Shown here: positions 1 through 12,055 of the stretch, in pieces | How the letters are laid out: every line of letters starts with the position of its first letter | How positions within the stretch are numbered: position 1 is the stretch's first letter | Source of the DNA: Oculina patagonica | Taxonomy: Eukaryota | NCBI RefSeq assembly: GCF_052425735.1 | Contig: NC_135759.1 | Span: 31,930,001-31,994,000, forward strand | Direction of reading: 5' to 3' | Length of the DNA stretch: 64,000 nucleotides | The notes under the pieces: model-generated | Database searches by the model: none | What the model was told of the DNA's origin: nothing | The model's input: only the letters and a program-made list of their open reading frames with translations | Translations under genes and position numbers: made by a program

Positions 1-339
1 TGTTTATATTTATTAGAATAATTTTATTGTTACAATTTATTTATTACAATCTAATAGCAAGTACTGCTATGACAATCTATTACAATTTTCAAGACAAATT
101 AAAAAAAGAAACAGCCATTTGAATAGTTTTTTGAATATGACGTAAACCAATGGTTATGCAATTGAAAAATGCGATTAATAAAAAGTAAATTGTTACATGT
201 AAATGAAGAAACATAATCTCCATTTGTAATAGCTAGCAGAAGAAAGGTGTCGATGAAAAGGTTATCTGCGAACAGAGACCGATTCCACCTGTTAGTGTTT
301 TACACCATTGTAGCAGTGTGCGGTGTTTGCAGGCTAGTA

Positions 340-620
340 GAGCGGTTTTCACTTGAGTGTCGAAAGTAAATTGTGTTTGTTTTGGTTTTGAATTACTACG
401 CTTAGTGATTGGCTTAAAAATCTCGCACCACTTTCTTAGCCAATCAGAGGGAAAACCAAAACCAATCGTGACTAGCTCGCGCACGTTTTCCCGCGCTTCG
501 TGCCAGCTACATGTATTTGCTTCGAGTTTTGATTGGTTTACTGGATTGTCTGTGTCCTTTGTGATTGGCCGGAGTTATTACTTTGGTTTTGGTTTTACGA
601 CACTCAATTAAAAACTGCTC
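340..620. mobile_element. MITE with TA target-site duplication (Tc1/mariner-type non-autonomous element)
   Basis: Imperfect TIRs GAGCGGTTTTCACTTGAGTGTCG / CGACACTCAATTAAAAACTGCTC, flanked by TA at 338-339 and 621-622; no credible coding content. Confidence 0.8.
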
Positions 621-727
621 TAAAAAAGTTGTTAGAAGGTCTAAGTAGGCATTGTAAAAGGTAAGGGACCCTTTTACGGATAACGGGACTAAAAAACAAC
701 AAATCAATCAAACTTGTCGTCACCAGC

Positions 728-917
728 TGTCCGGGATTTAACAGTATTGAGATGCACGCTCTTCATGATAGGCATTACAAAGTGTCCTCATTGATAAAAG
801 TTGACCAAACCGCACCTAATTCTGTCAAATATGAAGTAATATGAATATGTCAAATAAACCAGTCAAACATGTAGTCCTTATTAAACAATACTTGCGTTCA
901 ATCCTGGACATAAGTGA
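728..917. mobile_element. Short interspersed TIR element (second copy at ~21327-21515)
   Basis: TGTCCGGGATT...AATCCTGGACA inverted ends; clearly homologous ~190 bp copy at 21327-21515. Confidence 0.7.
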
Positions 918-948
918 CCAGCTGTACGTTATTCTCTGCTTTTCCAGG

Positions 949-1119
949 TTAAACATTGTATCTCAAGTAGCGAGTGAGTTCCAAGACGTACCGGTGAAAC
1001 AGCTGGGAAGGAACCTTGAGGCAGCCGACAGATTAGTGGCTTTACTCTCAACTTGTACTGATGTCCAAACCAAAGCACTGTTACAGGAACACTTAAGGTC
1101 TGCCACTGCACACATCTGA
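949..1119 (+). CDS. Probable terminal coding exon of an unidentified gene starting upstream of the window
   Basis: Strong acceptor TTATTCTCTGCTTTTCCAG|G at 930-948; open frame (R)LNIVSQVASEFQDVPVKQLGRNLEAADRLVALLSTCTDVQTKALLQEHLRSATAHI* with helical, protein-like composition. Family not recognised. Confidence 0.45.
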   Translation, partial: LNIVSQVASEFQDVPVKQLGRNLEAADRLVALLSTCTDVQTKALLQEHLRSATAHI

Positions 1120-3448
1120 GTTTTACATGAATCACGATTTCTTTTTGCTGATATTAGCTTGAATAGTATGAAGTTAGTCTCCTACAAAGACTTTCTTTAG
1201 TTAATCACCATCGAAAGATGTGCAATCACCAATGATCTAAAGAACGTCTACAAATGGGGGCTTACGACTCTTCTTCAGTCTCCGTACGTTTTTGTGATAC
1301 TACATTTACATGTATATTTACATATTGCACTTAAAGACGATCCTTGATGGTGAACACATTTGGCTTTGTATTGGTATTTACTCTACTAATGCATATTTTG
1401 TTGTTATTATTTTAGGCTGGCTACTTCTGCCAAGTCAGAAATCACAGCGTAGAAAACAGCACGAATTTTCATTTGCAGTTGATGAACCAAAGTCAGTCTA
1501 CCACAGAAATTATATATTAGGAAATGAGCGATAAAGCAATTGCAAAATAGTTTGACGGAAAAGCTCTTTAAAGGATGCTTGTTATTTGTTGTAACTCTAG
1601 ATGTTTTTCCTAATTTAAATAGTGTACATACAACTCAGTTTGTCACGCTTGGAACTCTCTATTCGATTTTCGTTAAGGGTACTTATCATACTAGAAATAA
1701 TAACCAGTGTAGGTAATGACGAGAAATAGAATATGGCAACGAAATAAGTTTTATAAATCAGGAATTTGTTACTGGATTACGAGACGTGCAAAGTAGTCAA
1801 TTTTGCTGTGTATACAGATTTCATCTAGACTTTCGTTATTATTTTCCTAAAGTAGTGCTGTACACAGCAGTTGTAATCAGTTTGTAAGTTTCTCATGGAG
1901 GGTTTCTCAAGTTCAAATATAAATGATATTGAAGAGTGATAAGAAACTAGAAGCTTAATAGTCTTTTGGCTGTTTTGGTGACACATTTAAGAAGTTAAAA
2001 TTTGCATTCTATGTACTTGGCCACAACGAATACCTCTTATTTTGCACTGAAATGTGTTAGTATGGCAACTGTATAAAAAATCCCCTAACTTTTCTATTTC
2101 AAGTATGATTTTTGCATAGTACTGAATGGAAAGATTTATAGAAACAATTTTCCAAACTGCTACCGAAATACCGAGCAGTGTTTCTGCATTGCTCTTTGTT
2201 TTTTTTTTAGTTCTTTGACAATTCAAGAAGGTAAATAAGATTGAGGAATTTGACCATGTCAGGAAAGATGCCTTATTTTGTACAACCATAATTCGTTTTC
2301 CCAAGGAGAATGGTAGAAAATGTTTGATGGTGACTTACATTTTGATATTACTGCTATTACCAGATGTGTTGTTTTCAGGACTGTAGTAGTGGAGTTAAGA
2401 AGTAGAAGTTGTTTGTATTGTCAATGCAAAACTTTCTTGAAAAACATGGCGAACCCGGAAAAAGGTTGGGTTGTCCAAGGATTCTCCACACCAAATTTGT
2501 CTTCAAATGGAAAGAGCCCAACTTTTGTAGCAATTGAGCGGGAAAAACACTAAAACCTCTCAAGAAAATAAATTTTTGATGAACTCGTGCATTTGAGACA
2601 TCATGAATTGGTTTGCAGACTATCTATTGGAATGCGATCATTTTTGAGTGCAGTTTGTAGCAGAGCTTGAATGACATTTGAAATCGCTTCGCCGCTCTTA
2701 AGCGAGATGGACCTTAATGTTATTGTCCGGGTCCAATGGCGAAGCTGGTTTGTGCTCAAATTATTTATTACATGTACATGTACTTTTAATATTATGGCAA
2801 GTGATCCGTTGTAGCTTCAGTCATTTCGTGGTGTAGGGGAATTGCGACTAACGCAAGTAAGTTCTTCGTGTATGCGTGTTGAGAATTGTGAAATGTTTGT
2901 GCTATTGTCTTTAGTTTAAGTATTTAAACGTGAAATGAGGGTGGCTACATTACATGTAATACTGAATTGCCACAATAAACTTATTGACTTTGAAACAAAC
3001 TTTGATATTGAGAACAAATAAAAATAATGAACTAATGATGTATCAATCATCCTGTTTCTCGTTACTTTTCATGTTTATTGAGTTGGAGCGACTTGGCTTA
3101 CCCCTTGAATCCATAAAATGTCCAAAACTTTGCAGGGAAACCACTCGCCTACGGCTCGTGGTTCCACTTGAGTTTTGAACATTTTCTGACGTCATTTCTA
3201 TGGTCTATAAAAGAGTGTAGACCATGGAAAAATGTGGTCGATTTGTTTTAAATGTTTAATAAAAGCTGATACGTTAGGTGCATTTTTTTTTTTACTGTTC
3301 GAAATATATGAAAAAAAGATTAAGAAATACATGATAATATATAGATTTAGGCAAGCCTAAAAGCGGAGCTCCCCAGTTAATTATTTTGCACTTTATTGAA
3401 ACCTGAATTCAAGCCATTGTACAATTGTAAGGCTAAGAATATAATATC

Positions 3449-3855
3449 GGGGGGGGGGGGGGGGGGGGGGGGGGAAAGAGGTACTACCTAAAATTTACTA
3501 AAGGGGTGTGCCACTGAGTCGCTGAGACTCTGGACCTGTTCCAGAGAAAAACAGCTCAATTTGCGACCCTGTTCCAGACAAACAGTGCAAAATAGGTACC
3601 CTGTTCCAGACAATATCCACAATGAAAAATATATGAAGATAGATATAAAAACACTAGCGTACATCACAAAGCGCTCACTTGACTTTGTCTGTGGCTTGGA
3701 GAAAAACCAATGAGAGGAGCGGAGTTTCATAGCTAAACTTGATAGTGTTCCACAGTCAAAAGGGTGATTTGTATACCCTGTTTCAGAGTCAGAGAGGCAA
3801 AAGGCACACCCTGTTGAGCAGCACATACCCGTATAGCCCTTATATGGGAGTACCG
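3449..3855. repeat. Interspersed repeat with G-run/GGTACT...GGGAGTACC ends (related pieces at ~13283-13535 and ~14870-14985)
   Basis: Starts with poly-G and ends ...CATACCCGTATAGCCCTTATATGGGAGTACC; similar termini recur in the window; internal CCTGTTCCAGA repeats. Confidence 0.5.
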
Positions 3856-4226
3856 TATACAGCAACACCAAATAAGCCGAGAACAAACAAAATCAATCAA
3901 AACGTTTTAATTCCACCGACAGCATTATGATCCAGAAGTCTGGATGGGAAATTATGCTGCAAAACGGGTAATTATGTAACCTTCGTGTAGATAAGGAGGG
4001 GGTAGTAGGGCTGCATGTTGGGGTAGATAGGCATATCACGTGGTAAATTAGCAAATCACTTAACATTTAGAGTATAAAGGAAATAATATACATCTAAATT
4101 AAGAATATGGTTAATTTTCTTTTTTTCATTCATTCGTTTTTATTTTCACTATTTGCCTATATTTTAATTTTGAATGGAAATGGCAGAGGTCATACATGTA
4201 GCAAAGGGTTTACAGCATATTGCCAT

Positions 4227-4379
4227 AAGCTAATGCCAAGCAAACCGGAGTGAAAGCTAACCACAAGCAAACTAGAGTAAAAGCTAATCCCAAGCACACC
4301 GGATGAATTAAGCTAACTGCAAGCAAACAGGGGTGAACCTAACTACAAGCAAACCGGAGTGAAACTAACTGGAAGCAAA
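4227..4379. repeat. Degenerate ~27-bp minisatellite, ~6 copies
   Basis: Unit AAGCTAANNNCAAGCAAACCGGAGTGA repeated with substitutions. Confidence 0.8.
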
Positions 4380-5700
4380 GAAGGGACATTCTGTAACCCC
4401 ATCCCACCCCCCCCCCCCGCCCCCCAAAAAAAGGATGATAGCACCTTTTTTACTTTTACATGTCTTTTTGAGTCCCCTTCCTCTTAAGGGGTTTCACTTC
4501 ACTTACAGAAATAAAAAAAAAAAAATTCTGGGAAGATAGAATATTGTTTGTGAGTCTCAAACTCAGTTTTGTTCTTTGATTACGCAGAAAAAATAGAATC
4601 ATGTTTGCTTGTGTATAAAACTATGCAAGAAAAAAATATAGCATCAATACTTTAACTGCTCTTTTAAAAATTTGTATGCTTTATTGTACACATTTTTGTG
4701 GAGTCATGTTGCCCATTCGTCATGGAGTTCACAAAGTAAGCAAATGAGTCACAATTTGGTTGCTTCATGGTACCTAATGGATACTGCAAATTTTATCTGG
4801 CTTTAGAATATTTCACTAATTTTAACATTATAGCTGTTCTTATAAATTGTACACAGCATACAACACATAAGAATGAAATTGGTATTGCATATTGCTTGCA
4901 ATCACGATTTTAACGTCTATACTTTAGAATTACAGTACCACCAGTTTCAGCATGACCAATCCAAATTCAAATTATTACATTGCTTTTTAACTCCACTACC
5001 TCCCCCAAGATCAACCAAAGATCTTATGATATACAGTAATTAGACAACTACATGTAAGTCCTGTGTAGTCGAGGGCTCAAAATATTTGGACACTTACAGG
5101 TCATGTTAACCGGCCAAAGAGATTTTAGCTTGGTCACATGTGGTTTCTTACCAGCCAAAACATTGAAAATAGAAATTTTAAACTCCCATTCATTTCTGCT
5201 GTTACTGTTTTGGCTGCATATTCTTAAAAAGATCACTTTATAATGCCCTTGTTACATCTAAAAAGATGTGAAAGAGACAAGTCAATCAAGAAGTTGTTTT
5301 CTGAAGTACACTGTAAATACGTTAACATTTAAAATATAAACTTTGCTCATTTGCAGCTTTTCTTGATTTCAATTTACATGTAATTTACTAGTCTCTTGAA
5401 AATGGCATCATGAAGACACCCAAACATCAAGCTGGATAATCTTAATCCTTCCTGTTTTCTTTTGATGTCCTTGTCCACATTCTGTTTTTGTGTCTCTGAA
5501 ACTCATGTTAACCCTGGAAAAAGTCAAATGCCACAGATTAAATTAAAATTGATTAATTGGCATGAATATCAATAATTTATAAAACAAAGCTTGTATAAAG
5601 TGAAGCAAAACTACTGGATGCGAAAGGATACCTTATATATTTAACAGAGATGTATCAGCACAGACTATTTTTTTTTTACTGATAACTGCGAAGTCAACTA

Positions 5701-6204
5701 CAGAAAAAAACCCCGGTAACTCGAACTCGGATAACTCGAACAACCTTGCTAACTCGAATTCACTTCCATTTCCCTTGGATTTGACCCCACTTTTCAGTCA
5801 TTTTTACTCGGTTAACTCGAACTCGGATAACTCGAAAACCACGCTAACTCGAACTAAATTTTGTTTCCCTTGAACAAAATTTGGGTCAAACTTTTTACCC
5901 TGATAACTCGAATTCCGGAACTTGCAACTCGCAACGGTTGCCCATTGATTATAGCAATGAACAGATCATGTATTTGACAGTCATTTTCCACTCTTAACAA
6001 AAGAATGTGTGGTCGCTTTAGAGTTTCTGGCAAGATAAGTTCAATTTGCACAGTACTGTATACTGAAGTGCTTAAAAATCAGTAAACTATCAATTATTAA
6101 CTTGGCAAATAAAATATTCAATCAACCCCGCTAACTCGAAAAACCCCGCTAACTCGAACTCATTTTCGTTTCCCTTCAGAGTTCGAGTTAGCAGGGTTCT
6201 ACTG
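5701..6204. mobile_element. MITE, Tc1/mariner/pogo type (CAG...CTG ends, TA TSD)
   Basis: TA|CAGAAAAAAACCCCGGTAACTCGAAC ... GTTCGAGTTAGCAGGGTTCTACTG|TA; many internal TAACTCGAA repeats. Confidence 0.85.
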
Positions 6205-6617
6205 TAAATATTTTAATAAACTCAAAGCACCACTGCAAACCCTTACACTCCCTCTTAATTAAAAGGTTTGGCCTTTAAATACTCCCCCTCCCCTCTACCC
6301 CTATATATACATGTACATGCATAGGAAAAACATTGCCACATCTTAAAAGCTTTTCTCTTAACAGTAATACTAAGATTTTTAAAGATACACATTTAATTAA
6401 TAATAAGTTTGCATGCACAGCTGCATACAGTGTCTAAAATGGCATGAATTTACTCACAAAGATTCCAGTTTTCCAGTAGTCATTAACCTTTGTTGTGTGC
6501 ATTTTCCAAATTCCACAACAAGATTGTGATTTTTTTATGACAAATATAACATTTACTGTTGACATTCTGAATGAAACCAGCAAAACAGACCTCAAAATCT
6601 CAAAATTGGTGACATTG

Positions 6618-6738
6618 TTATGTAATCCACATGAACGCTCAATAGTGAACAGAACTACATGACAAGTGGATTATTTAATATATTTGGGAACGAAAGAGCT
6701 AAGTAATGAAGCTGAAGTTTATTTACTCTGACTAAATG
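6618..6738 (-). ncRNA. Candidate intronic box H/ACA snoRNA
   Basis: Minus strand reads hairpin - H box AUAUUA (6681-6676) - hairpin with basal stem UAAUCCAC/GUGGAUUA and internal pocket - ACA (6623-6621) + 3 nt; lies ~50 nt from the 3' splice site. The 5' hairpin is weaker and no target was identified. Confidence 0.45.
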
Positions 6739-7297
6739 AACAGTAATTTTACCTCCATCATGAATATCAATAAACTGCATACACTGAATCGATCTATTTC
6801 ACTCGAAACGAAACGAAATTCCAGGTGCTTCGTGCAAACTGACATCACTTTCATTCTCATCTCAGCTGCTCTTCCAGCACTGTAAAACAAAATAATCATA
6901 TCACAAGCATTTAAAAATCGTAAGCTTTATTTTCTTCGAGATGTGTTGAAGTAATATTCTTTGTGAATTCGTTATTCGAAGGCCCAACAATTATTTGTTT
7001 ACATAATCAAATCCTCCTATTTGATCAGTAAAACCTGGTAAAACTGAATTTTAACGAATAGTATTTTTCAACATTGTTCATGTCACAAGCAAATGCTTAG
7101 TGGCGAAAGCAAGTAAAATGTGCCGTAAATATAAGCTTACAGCTTTGCGTATAAATGACGGAAACACTGCAGTTTTGTACTCACCTTCACCAGTTGGCCG
7201 CAGTAGGTGTTTTGCACTTCGTTGACAGTGTTTATTTTTAGCTAAGCATTTTGTTTGTTTTTATTAGCGAAAGAACCGATCACGCGATCACACGATA

Positions 7298-7356
7298 TTC
7301 CCGCCATTTTTGGGCTTAGCAGCCAATCAGATATTAGCTCTCGCTCGTGGATTGGA
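7298..7356. promoter_or_regulatory. Putative (possibly bidirectional) core promoter
   Basis: YY1-type CCGCCATTTT (7301-7310) and oppositely oriented CCAAT boxes (AGCCAATCAG 7321-7330, GATTGG 7350-7355) in a CpG-richer patch directly upstream of the minus-strand transcript; + strand donor-like GTAAGT at 7459. Confidence 0.45.
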
Positions 7357-7699
7357 GCGAGTTGGAGAATAAAAGACCATAGAGAAAAATAATTCCTTAT
7401 CGCAAACAGCGTGTTTTTACCTTGGACACAAAAGTAGGAAAATAGCGTGTTTTAAACGGGATTATGCCTTACAGAATTGTAAGTATATCGACCATTTGTT
7501 AGAGAAAGCTTTTTTTTGTTGTTTCAATTTGTATTTTATCCGATTTTAAAGATGTTATAGTCGACCCACATGTATACCTTTACTTTCAGTTGACTAGCTA
7601 GCGTGTGCAAGTTGGAATTTGTACCAATAAACTAGTTCAAAACAACCGGTAGATCCCGTGGACCTTATTTTCCTTGTGAATCTTCAACTCAAGTAGTAC

Positions 7700-8339
7700 C
7701 CTAACGCGTGGTGCGAAACAGTAGGTACACTCGTCTGCTCGTTTTATCTCCGTTCCCTTGTTCTCCGCTATTTCTTTGCCTGTTTTCTCGGCACCTCTCT
7801 TGCTATTTTAGTCGCTTTTCTTCGCTACTTTGCTACCAGGTTCGACAGGCGCTTTGCTATACTTTTTCGCCTGCTTTCTGTCCGGGTTTTCTGGATCTCT
7901 CGCGATCTCTTTCCCGTCGCAAATCGCTTAAACCCTGTTTCCTCGAAGTTAAATTTACCCTGCTCTCGTTTGTAGTCATCGGCATAACAAGGAGCCAAAA
8001 TAAATATGTTTGTCTCAAGTTCTAACTTTCAGACTAGCTGAATAGGATTTAAAAATACGTAGTAATTTTGAAAATTTCTTTGCCAAGAGACCTCACACTG
8101 CAAAATTATTTCGCGCCAGTACTGCGCGAGTTGTCAAGACCTTTCAAGATCCCGGATGTGCGCAACACCGTACGCCGTACGCGCCCGCGAGGCATGCCGC
8201 TAGCCATGATGACCATGAAAACTCGGATGCATAGGTTACCTATTTTATTTCATGTGTTTTTTTTTTTTCATGTGTTTTTTTTTTTATGGGTATGGTGCTC
8301 CGCTCTGCGGCCCTTACGGGCCGCTAAGGAGCTCCGCTA
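7700..8339. repeat. Interspersed repeat remnant ending ...GGAGCTCCGCTA
   Basis: GC/CpG-rich terminus with small hairpins (GCGGCCCTTACGGGCCGC); no credible ORF; left boundary approximate. Confidence 0.4.
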
Positions 8340-9426
8340 ATATCGAAAGGGTTTTATTGTCGTAAAAGTACTTCGAGTAATGAACATAACTCTACGTCAT
8401 TCCTTTGATGACACAGTGCTACTCGCGCGTAAAGCAGCACGTCCCACCATAGATGTATTGACGTCATCGCCCTAAAATGTAGAACATACAAAATTATTTA
8501 AAACAGTTAAAATTCAGCACATGCCGCTTACTATTCGGAAATAGTTTTGATTAGCGACAAACGGACTGCATTATCTGTTTCAAACTTGTATTTTGTGTGA
8601 TCATCCGGTCCCCAGCCCGAGTGTGACCTCATTTGAAATGTCGATTCTTGATTGGATCAATTTGGACATGTTCACATGCGAAGTTCGGTGACATTCGGCA
8701 TTCACTCTGTTGTTATATGACCAGAAACCCTGTTTCTGATATGACTCAATTCCTCAGTCATTTCAGCATGGTTTTTATCGAAATTTTCGGTAAACAGAAG
8801 CTAGCTCTTCTTGATAAAAGGGTGACAACTTTCTAGATTGGACATTTTCAGATTGGCGGAAGGAAATTAACTCAGAAATCAGTGGTGAACTGTTCATGCT
8901 ACCAAATGACGTTTTATTTGAGGAAGTCCGCTCTCGAACATACAAGAATTGGTTATCAAGAAGTATGCTGTAGAAATTCACAAGGGGGGAACTGCCTCAA
9001 ATACGTGCACTGTCACACGAAGATTTATCTACTTCCACAGTTTAATAGCAACAGTCGATACTTCAATAACTCATGATGTCACACTCGGGATACGGTAGGA
9101 TGATTACAATATTCAAATCAAATTTACAAAATATAAAAAGTTTGAAACGAATTATGCAGTCCGTTCGCCGTTAAGATGCCGACTACATATTCTGGAATAC
9201 TAGGCGGAACGCGCTGAGTAATTTTGACTGTAAACGTACCAAAAAAAAAATAACATGTCAGCCAACACGTTGGTAGCGTGACGGCCGACACGTTTAATAG
9301 TAGCGTGACGACCGGCACGGTAACGTGTTGGTGGTCGGATATTTCCTTAACCCACATTTACTTCCTTCATAGTTGTGAAGCTTTTGATCAACTTGCTGTT
9401 GTGTGCAGTACTGTTGTTTTGTATAC

Positions 9427-9921
9427 ATGGAGCGAAACGTGAATATAATTAGAAACTTAAATTCCGGAATGGAAGCAAACATAAGAGACACCGGTTCTAC
9501 TCCACAGAACGAAACTCGGCGTAACCAACGAGAAATTCGTGAAATGCAACAAGTCATAGACGGACATGTTCAACGGGATAATGGGAACGTATTGGAAAGA
9601 GAGCAGCTTCAACGACATCGCAGTAAGGGACTTGAAATTGCGATCGGATTGTTTATTGGGGGGACTGTGATGCTGGTCATGTTTGTTTTTCTAATAATTA
9701 AGCCTACCCTAAAAGACAGCCAGCTTAAGACCGCTCAGTGTAGAGTCATCTCCAGTGATACAACAGATGAGCGTGTAATTTGTGATTGTGGTTCTTCAAA
9801 TCATCAATATGATTGCACTTCATCTTATCCCTGTCTCAAGATTAAAGTCACTTATGTCATCGATGGTGAGAAACACACAGCTTACCTGTATAAGGACACT
9901 TCCTCTGTAAACAAAAAAAAG
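9427..9921 (+). CDS. BK channel beta-subunit-like (KCNMB/CaKB family) copy 1, coding exon 1
   Basis: ATG 9427; cytoplasmic N-terminus, TM1 (IAIGLFIGGTVMLVMFVFLII), Cys-rich loop with SYPCLKIKVTY motif; phase-0 donor AAG|GTGAGG at 9921/9922. Confidence 0.8.
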
Positions 9922-10707
9922 GTGAGGATTATATTCTCTTTCTTAAGCAGGGTCTCTCAACTACCAATCTTTTACAATTTGTTGGTATTCTCCCCAAAGC
10001 CACTTGTCCCTCTTAGCCGGCATAGCCTGGGCATGTTCCTTGTGCCCCAGGCTATGGGGACAAGAATGGGAAACCAAACCTCCTATAGATAAGTTTTTTG
10101 CACAACTGGATCCTTTAGAGTTTGAAATTACGGCCATAGTTGACTAGGCACATGACTTTAAGTTTTAGGGATTTTAATTTTAACTTCTTATGCACAGTTT
10201 GAGACTGGCACTAGTAAGGTGCGTACACTATCAAGTTTTTTTAACGCAAGTGTTCTCCCTACCAAAAAAAAAACACTGTTTAGTATTACCAAACACTTCA
10301 ACATGGCTTGCCACCAAAAGCCATTTTTAGAAATTCCTTAGCAACAGCTCTAGATCTAGTAAATAATAAAGATGGTAAATTTTAGATCTCTTGATCTGTA
10401 GTTAAGAAGGACCCCCCCCCCCCCCACCTGGGTTGGTTGTGAGGGCAACAGTGTAATATTTAATAATTAGATGGCAAGGTTCAGGTTTCTGTCAAATGTT
10501 CTATCTGCTGAAAACGATAACGAGAGAAACTAAAAGCAAACTTTCTGATTGCTTTATTATATAAGTTGTATTAAGTTCGGTAAAAGTGGTATATTTACAG
10601 TTTTGGTTTGTGAATTTGGCAATTTGACATGCCCTCCTCCCCGCATGTGCATGTACTTTCTTAGCCAATGTGAGATTGCCTAATAGTCAGTCACAAGATT
10701 ATGCTTA

Positions 10708-11410
10708 TAGTCCGGCGGCTTTGCTCCTGGATTGTGTGATTTTTGATACAAGCACCAAACTTTGCGGGATTACAAGCATTCGCATACTAATCAATTCCTG
10801 ATATAGTGCCAATGCCAATTTCCTTTTTTCAGCTAGTAAACAGCAATGAAATTTTCAGCCGAGAAGCCCCTCTCCCACGAAGTACTTCTTCTTGTAGTTT
10901 ATAAACCTTTTATTGTAGATTTTTATTCATAAATACAGATATGAATACTTTAAATTTTTTTTACCATCTGTTTATACCAATAATTTACTTGGAAATTATT
11001 GCATGGGAAAAGATTTTTCGTTCCCCGCCCTCTGCTCCCTTGCGTCTTTCGTTTCGCGCTAGCGTCCAGGTCTCTCGCAATCGGTGAACCATTCGCTAAC
11101 AGAAGAAAAATAGGAAAATATAGGGCTGTAAACAGTCTAAATTACAGCATTTCATTCTAAATTTTGTAGGTGCGACTTGGTATCACTACCTGACATAATA
11201 GTATTTGTCTGTAAACCAGGACAAACAAATATTTCACGAAATTTCTTTGATTTTAATAAATTACGGTTTCCATGGAAAGCGGTGTTTTTCTGACTTGGCA
11301 CTTTATCTGAAAAAACTTCTGTTGGTGACCACTTTCAATTGTGCCAAGTTTCATGCTTGTATCAAAAAGTGCACAATTCAACTAAAACTTCGAGCTAAGC
11401 CGCCGGACTA
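10708..11410. mobile_element. PIF/Harbinger-type MITE in the intron of KCNMB-like copy 1
   Basis: TIRs TAGTCCGGCGGCTT / AAGCCGCCGGACTA; TTA duplicated on both sides; paralogous intron at ~16660 shows the empty site. Confidence 0.85.
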
Positions 11411-11677
11411 TTATCTGAGATATACCTGGAAGCCAGGAAGGCGGGGTTTATGATTTAACAGATTTTTTGTTATTTTTTTCTCTCATGAACTAAGAGGCTT
11501 TATCAGTTTATCCATCCACCTTATAGTGAGGATAAATACATATTAACAGCTTTACCCAAATATTATTATATTTCAACTTAATAAGGCTGATCATCAGCGT
11601 TTACAGTGTTGTTAACCTTGCATGCTAACAGTAAAGATGACAAAAAGTCTTTTCTGTTTTGACAACTTGTCTTGCAG

Positions 11678-11974
11678 TGCAGTACTCGGCGCTGTAATGG
11701 AAAGAAAGCATTGAACGATAAGTATGTGGAAGATTTCCGTCTTGGTTATGGCCTAATTGGTGATGAGTTTACCTGCTACTACAACCCTGAACGTCTTGAT
11801 AAGGTGTTCGCAACCAAACCCTCTGCAAAGGATGTTAAGATGACATTGGTGCACTTCATTTTGTGGCCATCGCTTGTCATTTTGCTTAGTGTCTGCATCT
11901 TTATAATGTATTGTTGGGCCAAGGATTACTGCTGCTTCAAGAAGAAGAACAACGCAGCTGTCATGATCCCATAA
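11678..11974 (+). CDS. BK channel beta-subunit-like copy 1, coding exon 2 (263 aa in total)
   Basis: Acceptor TTGTCTTGCAG|TGC in phase 0; FTCYYNP motif, then HFILWPS + TM2 and a short Cys/Lys tail, matching KCNMB architecture. Confidence 0.8.
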   Translation, partial: CSTRRCNGKKALNDKYVEDFRLGYGLIGDEFTCYYNPERLDKVFATKPSAKDVKMTLVHFILWPSLVILLSVCIFIMYCWAKDYCCFKKKNNAAVMIP

Positions 11975-12055
11975 CAAGAACAAAACTGAGCCAATTAACT
12001 CTGTGTGTGATTAAAGGCTTGTATGGCCTGCACTGTTTTATCATGATATCCGATA

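Larger units (their letters stand above)
5152..7310 (-). ncRNA. Putative spliced lncRNA / snoRNA host gene (exons ~7273-7185, 6879-6753, 6566-6458, 5513-5389, 5310-5152; 3' end undefined)
   Basis: Alternating canonical donors (GTGAGT at 7184 and 6457, GTAAAA 6752, GTAAAT 5388, GTAAGA 5151) and pyrimidine-rich CAG acceptors (6882-6880, 6569-6567, 5516-5514, 5313-5311). Only short ORFs found across exons 1-3 (longest ~63 codons). TCT-like initiator TTCTTTCG at 7275-7268. Confidence 0.5.

Noticed and set aside
233-246. Possible 14-nt micro-exon (LAEE-R) splicing in frame to 949
   Set aside because: Donor GTGTCG is weak and such a short match may be chance.
1417-1534. Possible further + strand exon after TTTTAG
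   Set aside because: The preceding exon ends in a stop with no good donor; no supporting motif.
6939-7073. H/ACA-like pattern in intron 1 of the putative lncRNA
   Set aside because: Too short, and better explained by a small element with inverted ends (6944-6970 vs 7046-7073).
9922-10092. C-terminal part of the 229-aa ORF (also 16528-16548)
   Set aside because: Read-through into the intron past a conserved GTGAGG donor.
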